From an uncultured Candidatus Rokubacteria bacterium (GTDB taxonomy: Bacteria; Methylomirabilota; Methylomirabilia; Rokubacteriales; DASRDR01), in the NCBI GenBank assembly GCA_963708025.1, contig CAVPSB010000016.1, positions 32,001 to 96,000 of the forward strand: DNA of 64,000 nucleotides, in the 5' to 3' direction. Of the stretch, positions 34,163 through 44,850 are shown one piece after another (position 1 is the stretch's first letter; every line of letters starts with the position of its first letter). A model generated the notes under the pieces. The model was not told the DNA's origin and searched no databases. It saw only the letters and a list, made by a program, of their open reading frames with translations. A program made the position numbers and the translations under genes.

Positions 34163-35092
34163 GCGGAAGGCGGGGGCGACCTCCGCGATGAAGCGGTCGA
34201 GCTGGGGGCGGGGGTCCCCGCCGGTCAGGATCGTCGGGATGAAGAGCATCTCGACGCCGGTCTCCCGCAGGCGGGCGAGCGTGTCCTGGGCCTCGGCGAC
34301 GCTCCCGCCGAGGATGGTGTCCCGGGCGGCCGCCTCGTCCCGGCCCATGCGGCGCATGAACTCGCTCCGGAGCCGCTCGACCTCGGCCCGGTCGTCGGAG
34401 ATCCGGAGAAGCATGTTGGCCGACCGGGTCAGGTTCTTCGGATCGCGGCCGGCCGCCGCGCAGTGCTCCTCCAGGATCCGCCCCTTCCGGGCGAGGATCT
34501 CGGGCCCGCCCCACACGTTCCAGTGATCCGCGTGTCGGGCGGCGATGCGGAGCGTCACCTTCTCCCCGCCTCCGCCTACCATCAGCTCCGGGTGAGGCCG
34601 CTGGACGGGCTTCGGCATGAGCGGGGCGTTGTCGAGCTGGTAGTAGCGGCCCTGGAAAGTGGTCCGCTCCTGGGTCCACAGCCCCTTGAGGATCTGGCAG
34701 GCCTCGTCGAGGCGAGCCAGCCGCTCGCCGAGGGTGTAGAAGGGTATCCCGTAGGCGCGGTGCTCGTTCTCCTGCCAGCCGGCGCCGATCCCACAGATGA
34801 GGCGGCCGCCGGAGACCACGTCGACCTGAACGGCCATCTTGGCCAGGACCGCGGGGTGCCGGTAGGTGTTCCCCGAGACGATGGTCCCGACCCGCAGGCG
34901 AGGGACCACCGCCGCTAGCGCTGCCAGGGTCGTCCAGCACTCCAGCGTGTCGCCGACCGCGTCGGGCGTGTTCGGCATGAAGTGGTCGGTGACGCACGCC
35001 GCGTCCCAGCCCGTCGCCTCGGCGTGCCGCGCGAGCGACAGCACCTCCGCCCAGGTGGTCTGGGTCAGTCCGATGAAGACGCCAAACCGCAC
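34160..35092 (-). CDS. LLM-class (putative F420-dependent) oxidoreductase
   Basis: DHF, YRHPAVLAKMA, GIGAGW and GGGGEK motifs. Confidence 0.88.
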   Translation of the reverse strand: MRFGVFIGLTQTTWAEVLSLARHAEATGWDAACVTDHFMPNTPDAVGDTLECWTTLAALAAVVPRLRVGTIVSGNTYRHPAVLAKMAVQVDVVSGGRLICGIGAGWQENEHRAYGIPFYTLGERLARLDEACQILKGLWTQERTTFQGRYYQLDNAPLMPKPVQRPHPELMVGGGGEKVTLRIAARHADHWNVWGGPEILARKGRILEEHCAAAGRDPKNLTRSANMLLRISDDRAEVERLRSEFMRRMGRDEAAARDTILGGSVAEAQDTLARLRETGVEMLFIPTILTGGDPRPQLDRFIAEVAPAFR

Positions 35093-35112
35093 GGCGCAGC
35101 CTCTATCGGGGT

Positions 35113-35216
35113 GGGCCGGGTCGAGGACCGAGCAGCCCCCGCAGGCCGAAGGCCGTCCGCCACAGGCCGAAGGCCGTCCGGAGGACGACGGGATGCGACG
35201 GTCATCGGCCCGGCCC
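35113..35216 (+). repeat. structured intergenic repeat family A, copy 3 (short variant)
   Basis: GGGCCGGGTCGA..TCGGCCCGGCCC termini; two GGCCGAAGGCC modules. Confidence 0.85.
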
Positions 35217-36643
35217 TATCGATGCTCGCCGACCCGGTGCAGCTTCAGGAGGTTGACCGTACCACGCACCCAGAGCGGCGCGCCGGCCACGATGACCAGG
35301 ATGTCGTTGTAGCGCACCGAGCGGTCGGCCAGAAGGCTGGCCTCGATGGCCGAGACCATCTCGTCGATCGTGGTGAGCCGGGTGATCCCCCGGGGGAAGA
35401 CTCCCCAGTCGAGGGTGAGCCGGCGGCGGACCCGCTCGGAGGGCGCGAACGCGATGATGGGCACCGGCGGGCGATCCTGGGAGATGAGCCGCGCCGTCGA
35501 GCCGGACTGGGTGAAGGCCACGATGGCCCGCGCCTTCAGCTCCTGGGCCGAGAAGGCGGCGGCGTCGGAGATCGCCTGGGGAAACGACACCTCGCCGCGG
35601 CGCGGGCGGTCCATGGAGGCCGGCGGGAAGGCGGCCTCGGTCCGCCGGATGATGCGGTCGAGCGTGCGCACGGCCTCCACCGGGAAGGCTCCGGTCGCCG
35701 ACTCGGCCGACAGCATGACGGCGTCGGTGCCGTCGAGGATGGCGTTGGCGACGTCCGAGACCTCGGCCCGGGTCGGGCGCGGGGCGGAGACCATCGACTC
35801 GAGCATCTGGGTGGCGGTGATGACGGGTGTCCGGGTCAGCCGCGCCTTCCGGATGATCTCCTTCTGGGCCACCGGCACCTCCTCGAGCGGCATCTCGACG
35901 CCGAGGTCGCCCCGGGCCACCATCACCGCGCTGGTCGCGGCCAGGATCTCGTCGAGCCGCCCGAGCGCCTCGGGCCGCTCGAGCTTGGCGACGACTTGGG
36001 TGTCCGATCCGTGCTCGTTGATGAACTCCCGCACCTCCAGGACGTCGGCCGCCGAGCGCACGAAGGAGACGCCGATGTAGTCCACGCCGTGCCGCAGCCC
36101 GAAGGCCAGATCCTCGCGGTCCTTCTCCGTCAGCACGGCCATTCGCACGACGGTTCGCGGCAGGTTCACGCCCTTGTGGTCCTGGATCACCCCACCCGTC
36201 TCGACCCGGCAGACCACGTCGTCGCCCCGAACGTCCTCGACCTCCAGCGCGATGCGCCCGTCGTCGATGAGGACCCGGTCGCCGGGCTTCACGTCTCGGC
36301 AGAAGCCCTCGTAGGAGATGCTCGCCCGCTCCGCCGAGCCCGGTCCCGGCGTGGTCGTCAGGACGAAGGGCCGGCCGCGCCGGAGGGTGGCCGCGCCCCC
36401 CTCGAAGGCACCGAGCCGGATCTTCGGCCCCTGCAGATCCTGGAGGATCGCCAGCGGCTTGCCGATCCGCGCCTCCACCGACCGGATGCGCTCGATGGCC
36501 TGGCCGTGCTCCGCGTGGGTACCGTGGGAGAAGTTGAGCCGCGCCACGTCCATGCCGGCCCGGGCCATCTGCTCGATGATCCCCTCGGCGATGGACGCCG
36601 GCCCCAGTGTGCAGACGATCTTGGTGAGCCGCTCCGCCGTCAC
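35216..36643 (-). CDS. pyk: pyruvate kinase
   Basis: TKIVCTLGPAS, RLNFSHG, MVARGDLGVE and ATQMLESM motifs. Confidence 0.96.
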   Translation of the reverse strand: MTAERLTKIVCTLGPASIAEGIIEQMARAGMDVARLNFSHGTHAEHGQAIERIRSVEARIGKPLAILQDLQGPKIRLGAFEGGAATLRRGRPFVLTTTPGPGSAERASISYEGFCRDVKPGDRVLIDDGRIALEVEDVRGDDVVCRVETGGVIQDHKGVNLPRTVVRMAVLTEKDREDLAFGLRHGVDYIGVSFVRSAADVLEVREFINEHGSDTQVVAKLERPEALGRLDEILAATSAVMVARGDLGVEMPLEEVPVAQKEIIRKARLTRTPVITATQMLESMVSAPRPTRAEVSDVANAILDGTDAVMLSAESATGAFPVEAVRTLDRIIRRTEAAFPPASMDRPRRGEVSFPQAISDAAAFSAQELKARAIVAFTQSGSTARLISQDRPPVPIIAFAPSERVRRRLTLDWGVFPRGITRLTTIDEMVSAIEASLLADRSVRYNDILVIVAGAPLWVRGTVNLLKLHRVGEHR

Positions 36644-37590
36644 CTGGTCGCCTCGGGGGCAACGATGGGGTTGGTCAGGCAGCCGACGCCGTCGATCTCC
36701 GCCTCGACCAGGTCGCCGATCTTGAGGTAGGCGCCGGTCGCCGCGCCGACCCCGGAGGGCGTCCCCGTGGCCAGGATGTCGCCGGGCTCCACCGTCATGC
36801 CGGCGGCCAGGGTGGCCAGCAGGGTCGCGACATCGAAGATCATCTGACCGGTGCTCGCCTCCTGCCGCGTCTGCCCATTGACCCGCAGGCGGATGCCGAG
36901 GGCCTGCGGATCCGGGATCTCGTCGGCGGTGACGAGGACGGGGCCCATCGGGCAGAAGGTGTCGAGCGACTTCCCCTTGAACCACTGCTGGTGCGCCTTC
37001 TGGAGATCGCGCGCGGTCACGTCGTTCAGCACGGTGTAGCCGAAGACGTGCGCGAGCGCCTCCTCGCGGCCGAAGTCGCGCCCCGCGCGCCCCACCACCG
37101 CCGCCAGCTCCACCTCGTAGTCCAGCTCCTGCGTGACCGGGTGGTGGACGATGCCGGCGCCCGGCCCGACGACGGCGGTGGGCGGCTTCGTGAAGAAGAC
37201 CGGCCGCTCCGGCGGAGCCGCGCCGCGCTCGGCGGCGTGCTCGGTGTAGTTCCGACCCATGCAGAAGATGTTCTTCCGAGGCCGCGGAATGGGGGCCAGG
37301 AGCCGCGTCCCGCCGAGGGGCCGGGCGACTTTCCGACGGCGGAGGTCGGCCGGATCCATCCGATCGACCAGTGCCCGGCCGTAGTCCCACACGGCCTGGG
37401 CCCGGGCCCAGACCTCCGGCCCGCCCTCGATCAGCGCCAGCATCGTCGCCGGCACCAGGGCGGCGCGGGCGGGCCGGGCCTCGCGCTGGGCGGCCATGTC
37501 GGCCGACAGCGCGGGAAGGTCCAGCACCGTGTCGTGCCAGACGGCTCCCAGGCGCGGGCTCCTCCCCGACAGGTAGCTCACGAGGTGCAT
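36640..37590 (-). CDS. fumarylacetoacetate hydrolase family protein
   Basis: GRNY.EH, LDYEVEL, NDVTARD, GKSLDTF and TGTPSGVG motifs. Confidence 0.92.
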   Translation of the reverse strand: MHLVSYLSGRSPRLGAVWHDTVLDLPALSADMAAQREARPARAALVPATMLALIEGGPEVWARAQAVWDYGRALVDRMDPADLRRRKVARPLGGTRLLAPIPRPRKNIFCMGRNYTEHAAERGAAPPERPVFFTKPPTAVVGPGAGIVHHPVTQELDYEVELAAVVGRAGRDFGREEALAHVFGYTVLNDVTARDLQKAHQQWFKGKSLDTFCPMGPVLVTADEIPDPQALGIRLRVNGQTRQEASTGQMIFDVATLLATLAAGMTVEPGDILATGTPSGVGAATGAYLKIGDLVEAEIDGVGCLTNPIVAPEATR

Positions 37591-37664
37591 CGGCCCCCCA
37601 TCATACCCAGAATGCGCCCGATTCCTGGCAGTCAACGTTCTCGGCGCGAAAGCCCACGAAGCCC

Positions 37665-38906
37665 TCAGAACGCGCCGCGATCCAGCGAGTAGAAGTTCCC
37701 GTAGATCGACTCGCAGTCGGCCGCGAGGCGCCGCCGGTCTCCGTAGCGGGCGCCGAACCGCGTGAGCGACTGACTGGCCGTATCCGCCCGCGTCCGGCCC
37801 TCCAGCACCAGCTCGCTCAGCCACTCCCCGATGAGGAGCGAGCCGGCGATGCCGATGGCGTTGCAGCCGGCCGCCACGTAGAGACCGTCGATCGTCGGCA
37901 CCGGTCCCAGGAGATACTGGCCGTCGGGCGTGAAGGTCGGCAGGCCGGCGCAGCCCTTGAGGACCGGGGCGTTGTCGAGCGCCGGGAACGCGCGGGTGAG
38001 CCCGGCGGCCAGCTCGTCGAGGACGCCGAGGTCCTTCTCGGTGTGCTCGATCTCGAACGCCGGCGGCAGCTCCGCCATGGAGAAGGCCTTGGGATGGGCC
38101 TCGAAGCCGCCGAGCATGAGTCCGCCCACCTCGGGGCGGATGTAGACGGAGGCGTCGGGGACCCGCACGACCGGCAGGTCCCGGGGCACGGCGTCCATCG
38201 GCGCCGTCGTCCAGTGCTGGTGCCGGAGCGGGACGGTGTCGAAGGCGAGTCCCACCGCCTCGCCGACGCGCTCGACCCAGGGGCCGGCGGCCACCACGAC
38301 CCGGGGGGCGGCCAGCGGGCCGGCGGGCGTGTCGACGCCGCGAACGCGGCCGTCCCGGACGGTGATGCCGGTCACCGGGCGCTGGGTCTCGAACCGGACC
38401 CCGCGCGCCCGCGCGGCCCGCGCGATGGCCATGGCCAGGGTGTACGGCTCGACGTAGCCGTCGCCGGGGATCCACGCCACGCCCTTGACGCCGCCCGGGT
38501 CGAGGAAGGGGACGCGGGCCTGGGCGGCCGTCGGGCTGATCAGCTCGACCGCGAGGCCCCAGCTCCGCGCCTGGGCGACGTGCGTTTCCAGCTCGCGCAG
38601 GCGGCCCTCGGTCAGGGCCACCTTGAGGCTGCCGACCTGGCGGAAGCCGCAGTCCTCCCCGTGCTCGCTGGCCCACCCCTCGAGCCGGCGCACCACGGTC
38701 TGGATCGAGCGGCACATCAGCTCGGAGGCGCGGAGCTGTCCCACCAGTCCGGCCGCCTGGGGCGTGTTCCCGGAGGCCAGCTCCCGCCGCTCGAGGACGA
38801 CCACCTCGGAGAGGCCGGCCCGGGCCAGATGGTAGGCGATCGAGCAACCCCAAATGCCGCCGCCCACCACCACGGCACTCGCCTCCTGCGCCAGACTCGC
38901 GCTCAC
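37665..38906 (-). CDS. FAD-dependent amine oxidoreductase (DAO / sarcosine-dimethylglycine-oxidase-like)
   Basis: GGGIWG, GNTPQAAG, DGYVEP and TFTPDG motifs. Confidence 0.85.
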   Translation of the reverse strand: MSASLAQEASAVVVGGGIWGCSIAYHLARAGLSEVVVLERRELASGNTPQAAGLVGQLRASELMCRSIQTVVRRLEGWASEHGEDCGFRQVGSLKVALTEGRLRELETHVAQARSWGLAVELISPTAAQARVPFLDPGGVKGVAWIPGDGYVEPYTLAMAIARAARARGVRFETQRPVTGITVRDGRVRGVDTPAGPLAAPRVVVAAGPWVERVGEAVGLAFDTVPLRHQHWTTAPMDAVPRDLPVVRVPDASVYIRPEVGGLMLGGFEAHPKAFSMAELPPAFEIEHTEKDLGVLDELAAGLTRAFPALDNAPVLKGCAGLPTFTPDGQYLLGPVPTIDGLYVAAGCNAIGIAGSLLIGEWLSELVLEGRTRADTASQSLTRFGARYGDRRRLAADCESIYGNFYSLDRGAF

Positions 38907-38953
38907 CGGGTTCCTCGAAGTAGCCAAGTCATGCCTGACGAGTCAAGTCGCGC

Positions 38954-39135
38954 GGGGGCGGGGCCGAGGAGCGAGCAGCGCTAGGACGCAGGGAGTCGCC
39001 AACCCCAGGCGTACGCCGCGTACCCCGAGGATGGGCGACGACCGAGGACGACCATAGGTCGGGACGGACGCGAGGCCGTAGGCCGAGCGCGTCCCGACCG
39101 AGATGAACGTTGCGAAGCTCATCGGCCCCGCCCCC
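38954..39135 (+). repeat. structured intergenic repeat family A, copy 4
   Basis: 14-bp perfect terminal inverted repeat GGGGGCGGGGCCGA..TCGGCCCCGCCCCC. Confidence 0.9.
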
Positions 39136-39138
39136 TCC

Positions 39139-39909
39139 CTAGTAGTTGCCCCAGCCGGCGTAGGCGACCCACCCCCCATCCACGTCGATCGAGGTCCCGG
39201 TCACGTAGGCGGAGTCGTCCGAGGCGAGCCACACCGCGGCCGTGGCCACATCCGCCGCCGAGCCGAACCGACCGGCCGGGGTGCGCCGGGTGATGTCCGC
39301 GTCGGTGTAGTCGCCGACCGACTGGTCGTGGACGTCCATCGGGGTCTTGATGTACCCGGGGTTGATGCAGTTCACCCGGACGCCCTGGCGGCCCCACTCG
39401 ACGCCGACGACCTTGGTGAGCCCGATCAGGCCGTGCTTGGAGGCGCAATAGGCAGCCCGCTTCGGCAGCCCGAGCTGACCGAGAATCGAGCCGATGTTGA
39501 TGATCGACCCGGCCCGCCGGGGCAGCATGACCCGGGCCGCCGCCTGGCATCCGAGGAAGGCCCCGGTCAGGTTGAGGTCGAGGGTCCGCCGCCAGTCGGC
39601 CTCGGCCAGCTCCACGGAGGGCGCGATCATGGAGGTCCCGGCGTTGTTCACCATGACGTCGAGCCGGCTCCAGCGCCGGACGGCCTCGTCCACGAGTCGG
39701 TCGACCCCCACCTGGGTGGCGACGTCGGCGGCCACCGCCGCCGCCTCCCCGCCCGGCCGGGTCAGCCGGGCGGCGGCCTCGTCGGCCCGCTTCTGCTCCC
39801 GCGAGTTCACCACCACCCGCGCCCCCTCACGCAGGAAGGCGGCGGCGATCGCTTCCCCGATGCCCATGCTGGAGCCCGTCACGATGGCGACGCGGCCGGC
39901 GAGCTTCAT
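39139..39909 (-). CDS. short-chain dehydrogenase/reductase
   Basis: TGSSMGIG, NNAG and YCASK motifs. Confidence 0.9.
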   Translation of the reverse strand: MKLAGRVAIVTGSSMGIGEAIAAAFLREGARVVVNSREQKRADEAAARLTRPGGEAAAVAADVATQVGVDRLVDEAVRRWSRLDVMVNNAGTSMIAPSVELAEADWRRTLDLNLTGAFLGCQAAARVMLPRRAGSIINIGSILGQLGLPKRAAYCASKHGLIGLTKVVGVEWGRQGVRVNCINPGYIKTPMDVHDQSVGDYTDADITRRTPAGRFGSAADVATAAVWLASDDSAYVTGTSIDVDGGWVAYAGWGNY

Positions 39910-39982
39910 GCCGTCATCTCCCGAGGACCGAAGGGTGTCAGGACGCGACCCCGGCGCGGGGTCCGGGTCGGGGCCCGTCCGA

Positions 39983-40993
39983 TCAGCTGGAAGGCGATGA
40001 AGCGGCCAGCCGCTTGCCGGACAGGCGCGCGATCTCGATCAGCTCGTGGGGCAGGCCGAACCGCACGTCCTCCTCGATCACGTTCAGCTCGCGGACCACC
40101 GGGCTCGTGCGGGACGACAGGTACGCGATCACCTCGCGGACGAGGAACTCGGGGGTGGAGGCTCCGGCCGTCACACCGACGCGGCTCACCCCTTCCAGCC
40201 ACTCCGGCCGGATGTCCCGGACGTCGTTGATCAGGTGGGCGCGGGTGCCCAGCACCGCCGCCACCTCGCGGAGCCGGTTGGCGTTCGAGCTGTTGGCCGC
40301 CCCGAGCACCAGGACGAGGTCCACGCCGGCGGCCAGCTGCTTCACGGCCGCCTGGCGGTTCTGCGTCGCGTAGCAGATGTCGTCCTTCGACGGGCCGACG
40401 ATCGCGGGGAACCGGCGGCGGAGAACCTCCACGATGGCGCGGGTGTCGTCGACCGAGAGGGTCGTCTGGGTGAGATAGGCGACCTTCTCGGGGTTCTCGA
40501 CCTCGAGGCGCTCGGCCTCTCCGACCGAGGCGATGACGACGATCCGCTCGGGCGCCTCGCCGGTGGTGCCGATCACCTCGTCGTGGTCGGCGTGGCCGAC
40601 CAGCACGATGGTGTAGCTCTCCCGGGCGTAGCGCTGCGCTTCCACGTGCACCTTCGTCACCAGCGGACAGGTGGCGTCGATCACCCGGAGCCCGCGAGCC
40701 CGGGCATCGTCCCGCACGGCGGGCGAGATGCCGTGAGCGCTGAAGATCACGGTGGCGCCGGCCGGCACCTCGTCGAGCTCGTCGACGAAGATCGCGCCCT
40801 TCTCGCGCAGAGCCTCGACGACGTGCCGGTTGTGCACGATCTCCCGCCGCACGTAGATGGGACCGCCGACGACGTCGAGCGCCCGCTCCACGACCTCGAT
40901 GGCGCGCTCGACGCCCGCGCAGAAGCCGCGGGGTCCGGCCAGGACGATCTCGTCGAGGGCGGGGCGCGATCCGGACGCTTCGGGCATGCTCAT
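39983..40993 (-). CDS. ispH: 4-hydroxy-3-methylbut-2-enyl diphosphate reductase
   Basis: GFCAGV, DATCPLV, DICYATQNRQ and TAGAS motifs. Confidence 0.96.
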   Translation of the reverse strand: MSMPEASGSRPALDEIVLAGPRGFCAGVERAIEVVERALDVVGGPIYVRREIVHNRHVVEALREKGAIFVDELDEVPAGATVIFSAHGISPAVRDDARARGLRVIDATCPLVTKVHVEAQRYARESYTIVLVGHADHDEVIGTTGEAPERIVVIASVGEAERLEVENPEKVAYLTQTTLSVDDTRAIVEVLRRRFPAIVGPSKDDICYATQNRQAAVKQLAAGVDLVLVLGAANSSNANRLREVAAVLGTRAHLINDVRDIRPEWLEGVSRVGVTAGASTPEFLVREVIAYLSSRTSPVVRELNVIEEDVRFGLPHELIEIARLSGKRLAASSPSS

Positions 40994-41028
40994 CCTCCCT
41001 GGCTCACCTGGAGGCGAAACCGCTCCTC

Positions 41029-41057
41029 AGTATAGGGACCGGCCCCCGGCAACGCAA
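41029..41057 (-). promoter_or_regulatory. sigma70-type promoter for ispH
   Basis: TTGCGT-17bp-TATACT. Confidence 0.5.
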
Positions 41058-41066
41058 GGCGCGCGA

Positions 41067-41675
41067 TCACGGGAAGAAGTGGCTCACGCCGAGCATGAAG
41101 AGGCTCGAGTTGATGCCGAGGTTCTGGTCGCACCGGCTGGCGTTCGAGATGTGCTGCACGCGGTAGCCGGCGGTGATGGCGACTCGCTCCGAGACCAGCC
41201 ACAGGAATCCGGGCCCGCCCTCGGCGATGAAGTTCACGTCGCAGCTCGTCTGGCGGATGTCGAACTGGCCATTCAGGATGCCGAGCCCGAGCTCGAAGTA
41301 GGGACGCACCACCCACCCGGCCCCGAAGACCCAGCGCCCGAGGACCGCGAACCCTGCCGCGGTGGCCGAGTCCGGCTTGGCCCTGAAGGTCACGACCGTC
41401 GGCTCGGCCAGCAGCTCGAAGTTCCCGCGCAGCCAGCCGGGGCCGTGCTCGTCGGTGAGGAAGACGCCGAAGTGCGGGAGGGCCTGGAAGCTGTGGACGA
41501 CCGGGCCGGGCTCCGTGTCGACGGTGCTGTGGCTGACCGAGTAGCCCCCGGCGATGTTCAGCTCCGTGGTGCCGAAGCGGAAGCGCTCCTCCGCCGACGA
41601 CACGGGAGCCGGTTGGATCCCGAGCCCCAGCAGGACAGCGCCCAGCCACCCGCCCCACCACCGGAGGTTCCCCAC
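41067..41675 (-). CDS. PagL/acyloxyacyl-hydrolase-like outer-membrane beta-barrel
   Basis: Signal peptide; PYFELGLG, YRVQHISNA and NLGIN motifs. Confidence 0.75.
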   Translation of the reverse strand: MGNLRWWGGWLGAVLLGLGIQPAPVSSAEERFRFGTTELNIAGGYSVSHSTVDTEPGPVVHSFQALPHFGVFLTDEHGPGWLRGNFELLAEPTVVTFRAKPDSATAAGFAVLGRWVFGAGWVVRPYFELGLGILNGQFDIRQTSCDVNFIAEGGPGFLWLVSERVAITAGYRVQHISNASRCDQNLGINSSLFMLGVSHFFP

Positions 41676-41719
41676 GCCCCTCCTCGAACCGGAGGGAGGC
41701 GGAGCCCCCTCCCGAGAGC

Positions 41720-42743
41720 CTACGGGTAGACGAGAACCTTCAGCGCCTCGCCCCGGCTCATCCGGGCCAGCGCGTCGGGCACGTCGGCCAGCCCGACCTC
41801 GCCGGTGAGGAGCGGTGTCGGATCCAGCTCACCGGCGGCCAGCAGTGAGACCGCACGCCGGATGAGCGCCGGCGTGTGGTGGAAGACCCCGAGGAGCCGC
41901 AGCTCCTCGTAGTGCACCCGGCGGGTGTCGAGCCGGATGCCGGTTCCCGGCGCGCAGCCGCCGAAGAACAGCACCGTCCCGCCCTTGTCGGTCGCGGCGA
42001 TCGCCTGCTCCCACGCCTCGGGCCGGCCGGTGGCGTCGATGGCGCAGCGGACCCCGCCCCCGGCCGCACCGCGGACGAGGCCCGCCGGGTCGTCCGTCGC
42101 CGTCACGTCGAGACAGGCGGCGAACCCGAGTCGGGCGGCGACGGCGAGTCGCGGGCCGGCCTTGCCGGCCAGGACGACGTGGGCTCCCGCCCGCTGGGCC
42201 AGGAGCCCGAGCAGCAGTCCGAGCGGACCATGTCCGAAGACGGCGAACCAGTCCCCCGGTCGGATCGCGGCCAGGTCGATCGCGTGGAGGCAGCAGGCGA
42301 CGGGCTCGGCGAAGGCGACCCGGACCACCGGAACGCCGGCGGGAACGGGGACGAGGTTCTTGGCGACCAGCCGGGCCGGCAGCGCGATGTACTCGGCGTA
42401 GGCGCCGTTCACGAACAGGAGGTCGTCGCAGAGGTTGGCCTGACCGCGCCCGCACGGCGGGCAGACGCCGCACGGCGCGGAGTTGGCGGCGACCACCCGG
42501 TCGCCCGGCCGGAATCCCTCGACGCCGGGGCCGAGGCGCGACGATCGTCCCCGCCAGCTCGTGGCCGAACACGGTCGGGAGCTTCGGGATCATGACCGGG
42601 TGGCCGCGCCGCAGCGTCTTGACGTCCGTCCCGCAGGTCAGGGCCACCTCGATGCGCAGGAGCACCTCGCCGGGGCCGGGCTCCGGGACCGGGATGTCCT
42701 CGTAGCGCAGATCACCCGGGCCGTGGAAGACCTGCGCTTTCAC
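41720..42743 (-). CDS. zinc-dependent alcohol dehydrogenase (frameshift near 42535)
   Basis: CGTD..GHE in the upstream frame; CGVCPPC..C; GHGPLG. Confidence 0.8.
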
Positions 42744-43786
42744 TCCGCCATCCCGTCGCCGACCGCCATCGCTCCGCCTTCGACCGTGGCCACGTCGACG
42801 TAGACCTTCAGCGCCTCCAGCCGCTCGGCGAGCAGCACCGCTTCGGTGAGCCGCTCCAGCGGCAGGCGGTGGGAGCAGAGATCGGCGACCTGGATGGCTC
42901 CGGTCACGACGAGCTGGAACGCCTCGGCGAGATCGGCGGGCGACGAGGAGTAGGTCGCGGAGAGCGTCAGCTCCCGGTGGTAGATCTCCCCGATGGGGAG
43001 CGGCCCCTCGCCCTCGCCGACGAAGAGGTGGACCTGGCCGCCGTCCCGCACCCAGCCGAGGGCATCGCGCACCACCTCGGGGGCGCCCACGGTGAGGATG
43101 ACGCAGTCGGCGCCGCGCCGGTCGCTGAGCGGCGCCAGGGCGCCCAGCACGGCTTCCGGCGGCGCCGCCACCGCGCCGAGCGATCGCGCCAGCTCCCGGC
43201 GCGCCGGCAGGAGGTCGGTCCCCACGACCTGGGCGCCGGCCCGGCCCGCGAGCTGGACCAGCAGGCTCCCGATCGCCCCGAGGCCGACCACGACCACGGT
43301 GTCCCCCGGGCCGACGCCGGTCCGGCGGATGGCGCGCAGGCAGCAGGCCAGCGGCTCCGTGAAGGCGGCGACGGCGTCGGGCACCTCGGGGGGCACGCGG
43401 AAGGTGGCGTGCTGGACGTTCTCGCGGGGGACCCGCACGTACTCGGCGAAGCCCCCCGGGTCCAGGTTCGACTCCTTGAACCCCCGGCACATCGAGACGC
43501 TGCCCCGGCGGCAGTAGTGGCAGGCGAAGCAGGGGACATGGTGCGCGACGACAACCCGGTCGCCGACCTCGAAGCCGGTCACGCCCTCCCCCGCCCCGAC
43601 GACATCGCCGACCACCTCGTGACCGAGGACGATCGGCAGCCGGCTGGGGGCGCGAAGCTTGGCCAGGTCGGAGCCGCAGAGACCGCAGCCGCGGACGCGG
43701 ACGAGCAGCTCCCCCGGGCCAATGGTGGGCGTGGGCTGGTACTCGAGACGGATGACCCCGGGCGCCGTGGTCACGGCCACGCGCAT
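42740..43786 (-). CDS. zinc-dependent alcohol dehydrogenase
   Basis: CGSD, GHE, CFACHYC..C and GLGAIG motifs. Confidence 0.88.
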   Translation of the reverse strand: MRVAVTTAPGVIRLEYQPTPTIGPGELLVRVRGCGLCGSDLAKLRAPSRLPIVLGHEVVGDVVGAGEGVTGFEVGDRVVVAHHVPCFACHYCRRGSVSMCRGFKESNLDPGGFAEYVRVPRENVQHATFRVPPEVPDAVAAFTEPLACCLRAIRRTGVGPGDTVVVVGLGAIGSLLVQLAGRAGAQVVGTDLLPARRELARSLGAVAAPPEAVLGALAPLSDRRGADCVILTVGAPEVVRDALGWVRDGGQVHLFVGEGEGPLPIGEIYHRELTLSATYSSSPADLAEAFQLVVTGAIQVADLCSHRLPLERLTEAVLLAERLEALKVYVDVATVEGGAMAVGDGMAE

Positions 43787-43794
43787 CTGACCAG

Positions 43795-43885
43795 AAGGGG
43801 GGGGAGTCCCAACCGCCGGATCGCCTGGACGCCTCGGTGCGTCCCGCCCCTCCGGTGGTGCCCCCCCTTGACCCCCCCGATCTCC
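43795..43885. repeat. G/C-tract palindromic element
   Basis: GGGGGGG..CCCCCCCTTGACCCCCCCGATCT, similar to the family C left end. Confidence 0.4.
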
Positions 43886-43923
43886 ACCGTGCGGGGGTCT
43901 CTCGCCGCCGCCAAACCTGGCGG

Positions 43924-44769
43924 TCAAGGGACTTGAGCCCGGAGGTAGACGCCGACCGCGATGGCCAGCTTCCGGGCGGCCGAGAGGCGGATCCGGCGGT
44001 CGAAGACCCGGAAGCGGCGTGCCTCGATGGCCCGGAGCAGCGCGTGGTAGATGACACCCATGATCTCGGCGGCGACCAGCCGCCGCCGGTCCACCCGCGG
44101 CAGCGCGGCCCGGGCCGCCCGGTAGTAGGCGTGCGTGCGGTCGGCCTGGAAGCGCATCAGCTCGAGGTAGGCCTGGGTGGAGCGGCCGCGGAGGAGGTCT
44201 TCCTCCGGATACCCGAAGCGTCGCAGCTCGTCGAGGGGCAGGTAGATCCGCCCACGGTCGCCGTCGGTCTTCAGGTCGCGCATGATGTTGGTGAGCTGGA
44301 GAGCCACCCCCAGGTTCACGGCGTAGTCACGCGCCCGCGGGTCCGTGTACCCGAAGATCTCGATACAGGCCAACCCGACAGCGGCGGCGACCCGGTAGCA
44401 GTACTCGTACAGCTCCTCGAAGCTCGCGTACCGGCGCTTGTCGATGTCCATCTCGACGCCGTCCAGGATGGCCTCGAGGTGCTCCGGCGGAATCGGGAAG
44501 TCCCGCACCACTTCGGCCAGCCGAACGGCGATCGGCTGGGTGGGGCGGCCGCTGTAGACGCGTCGCAGCTCCGCCCGCCACTCGGCCAGGACCCGCCGCT
44601 GATCCCCGACGCTCCCGCCTCCCTGGTCGACCGCGTCGTCCACCGTCCGGCAGAACGCGTAGAGCGCGTACATGGCCTCGCGCTTCCGGCGCGGCAGGAA
44701 GAGAAACGAGTAGTAGAAGTTGGACCCGCTGCGGCGAGTCAGGCTGGCGACCAGCTCGGCTGCGTTCAT
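43924..44769 (-). CDS. hpnD: presqualene diphosphate synthase
   Basis: SNFYYSF, FCRTVDDAVD, YCYRVA and LTNIMRD motifs; hopanoid context. Confidence 0.85.
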   Translation of the reverse strand: MNAAELVASLTRRSGSNFYYSFLFLPRRKREAMYALYAFCRTVDDAVDQGGGSVGDQRRVLAEWRAELRRVYSGRPTQPIAVRLAEVVRDFPIPPEHLEAILDGVEMDIDKRRYASFEELYEYCYRVAAAVGLACIEIFGYTDPRARDYAVNLGVALQLTNIMRDLKTDGDRGRIYLPLDELRRFGYPEEDLLRGRSTQAYLELMRFQADRTHAYYRAARAALPRVDRRRLVAAEIMGVIYHALLRAIEARRFRVFDRRIRLSAARKLAIAVGVYLRAQVP

Positions 44770-44850
44770 GTGCCGGTGATGAGGCCGGAGCCCCGGCGCT
44801 GCGGAGCCATTATACACCGCGGGTTCGAGCCGGCTCGCTCGACGCCGGGC